Source: Felis catus
Lineage: Eukaryota
Direction: 5' to 3'
DNA: 64,000 nucleotides
NCBI RefSeq assembly: GCF_018350175.1
Contig: NC_058368.1
Span: 128,528,001-128,592,000 of the forward strand
Part shown: positions 63,242-64,000 of the stretch, piece by piece
Numbering within the stretch: the first letter of the stretch is position 1
Layout: each line of letters begins with the position of its first letter
Program-made: the position numbers and the translations under genes
The notes under the pieces: model-generated
The model's database searches: none
What the model saw: only the letters and a program-made list of their open reading frames with translations
What the model was told of the DNA's origin: nothing

Positions 63242-63717
63242 GGGGCGCTTGGGTGGCTCAGGCAGTTAAGTGTCCAACTTCGGCTCAGGTCATGATCTCA
63301 TGGTTCGTGAGTCTGAACCCCACATCGGGCTCTGTGCTGACAGCTTAGAGCCTGGAGCCTGCTTCAGATTCTGTGTCTCCCTCTCTCTCTCTCTCTCTGC
63401 CCTTTACCTGCTCGTACTCTGTCTCTTTCTCTCAAAAATAAATTAAAATATTTTAAAATAAATAAATAAAAATGTTCATGATTCTTTTTTTATATATATA
63501 AAATGTTTAAATGTTTATTTTTGGGAGATAGAGAGGGAGAGAGAAGAAGGGAGGGAAAGAGCGGAGGAGGGGCACAGAGAGAGGGGTCAAGGAGGAACCG
63601 AAGCAGGCTCCATGCTGACTGCAGAGAGCCCAATGCAGGGATTGAACTCACAAACTAATCGATCACGACCTGAGCTGAAGTACAATGTTCAACCAATCGA
63701 GCCACGCAGGCGCCCCC
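63242..63717. mobile_element. Tail-to-tail CanSINE pair (63242-63470 plus; about 63485-63717 minus) inside a plus-strand L2 remnant
   Basis: SINEC motifs with overlapping TSDs. Confidence 0.9.
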
Positions 63718-64000
63718 ATGATTCTTTCATCTTAAGAGTAAAACAAAAACCTTTCATTCTATATTCCTCCTAATTAATCTTTCTTCTTCAAATCCAAATT
63801 TTGGCCATCTTTGACTTCCTATCTCCCACATATTTCTCAACTCAGCACAATCTTATTTTTATCTATACTACTCCAATTCACACTACTCTTCCAGTATCAC
63901 TGATACCTGCTGTCATCAAGCATAGTCTTCACCTTACCAAACCTGTCGGTATTACGAAATACAGCTGGATACTGAATTTTCCTTAAAATAATCTCTTCTG

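Overview
Mammalian, almost certainly felid, genomic DNA: it is dense in carnivore tRNA-derived CanSINEs of the SINEC_Fc type and in L1_Fc/L1_Carn-type LINEs. The minus strand carries the last eight coding exons of ERCC8 (CSA, Cockayne syndrome WD40 protein; exons 5-12 by human numbering, 61690 down to the stop at 30497). All have canonical GT-AG junctions and give a continuous open frame. A CpG island at about 4.4-5.75 kb contains a probable non-coding first exon on the minus strand, assigned to ELOVL7 from conserved mammalian gene order. The intergenic region holds a near full-length but decayed L1, a nested L2/L1/L1/SINE stack, a possible RTE-clade LINE fossil, and an ancient two-LTR class III (ERVL/HERV-S-like) provirus. 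The provirus retains a tRNA-Ser-like PBS and recognisable RNase H, integrase and CWxC-env remnants just downstream of the ERCC8 stop. I see no convincing new biological system. The most unusual observations are structural: a head-to-head SINE-L1 composite inside one target-site duplication, inverted L1s flanking in-frame exon 11, a 51-bp non-tandem duplication whose first copy sits in a hairpin loop, and an SRE-like motif overlapping the putative ELOVL7 exon-1 splice donor. Repeat subfamily names come from recalled consensus sequences and need confirming with RepeatMasker/Dfam; repeat boundaries are approximate.
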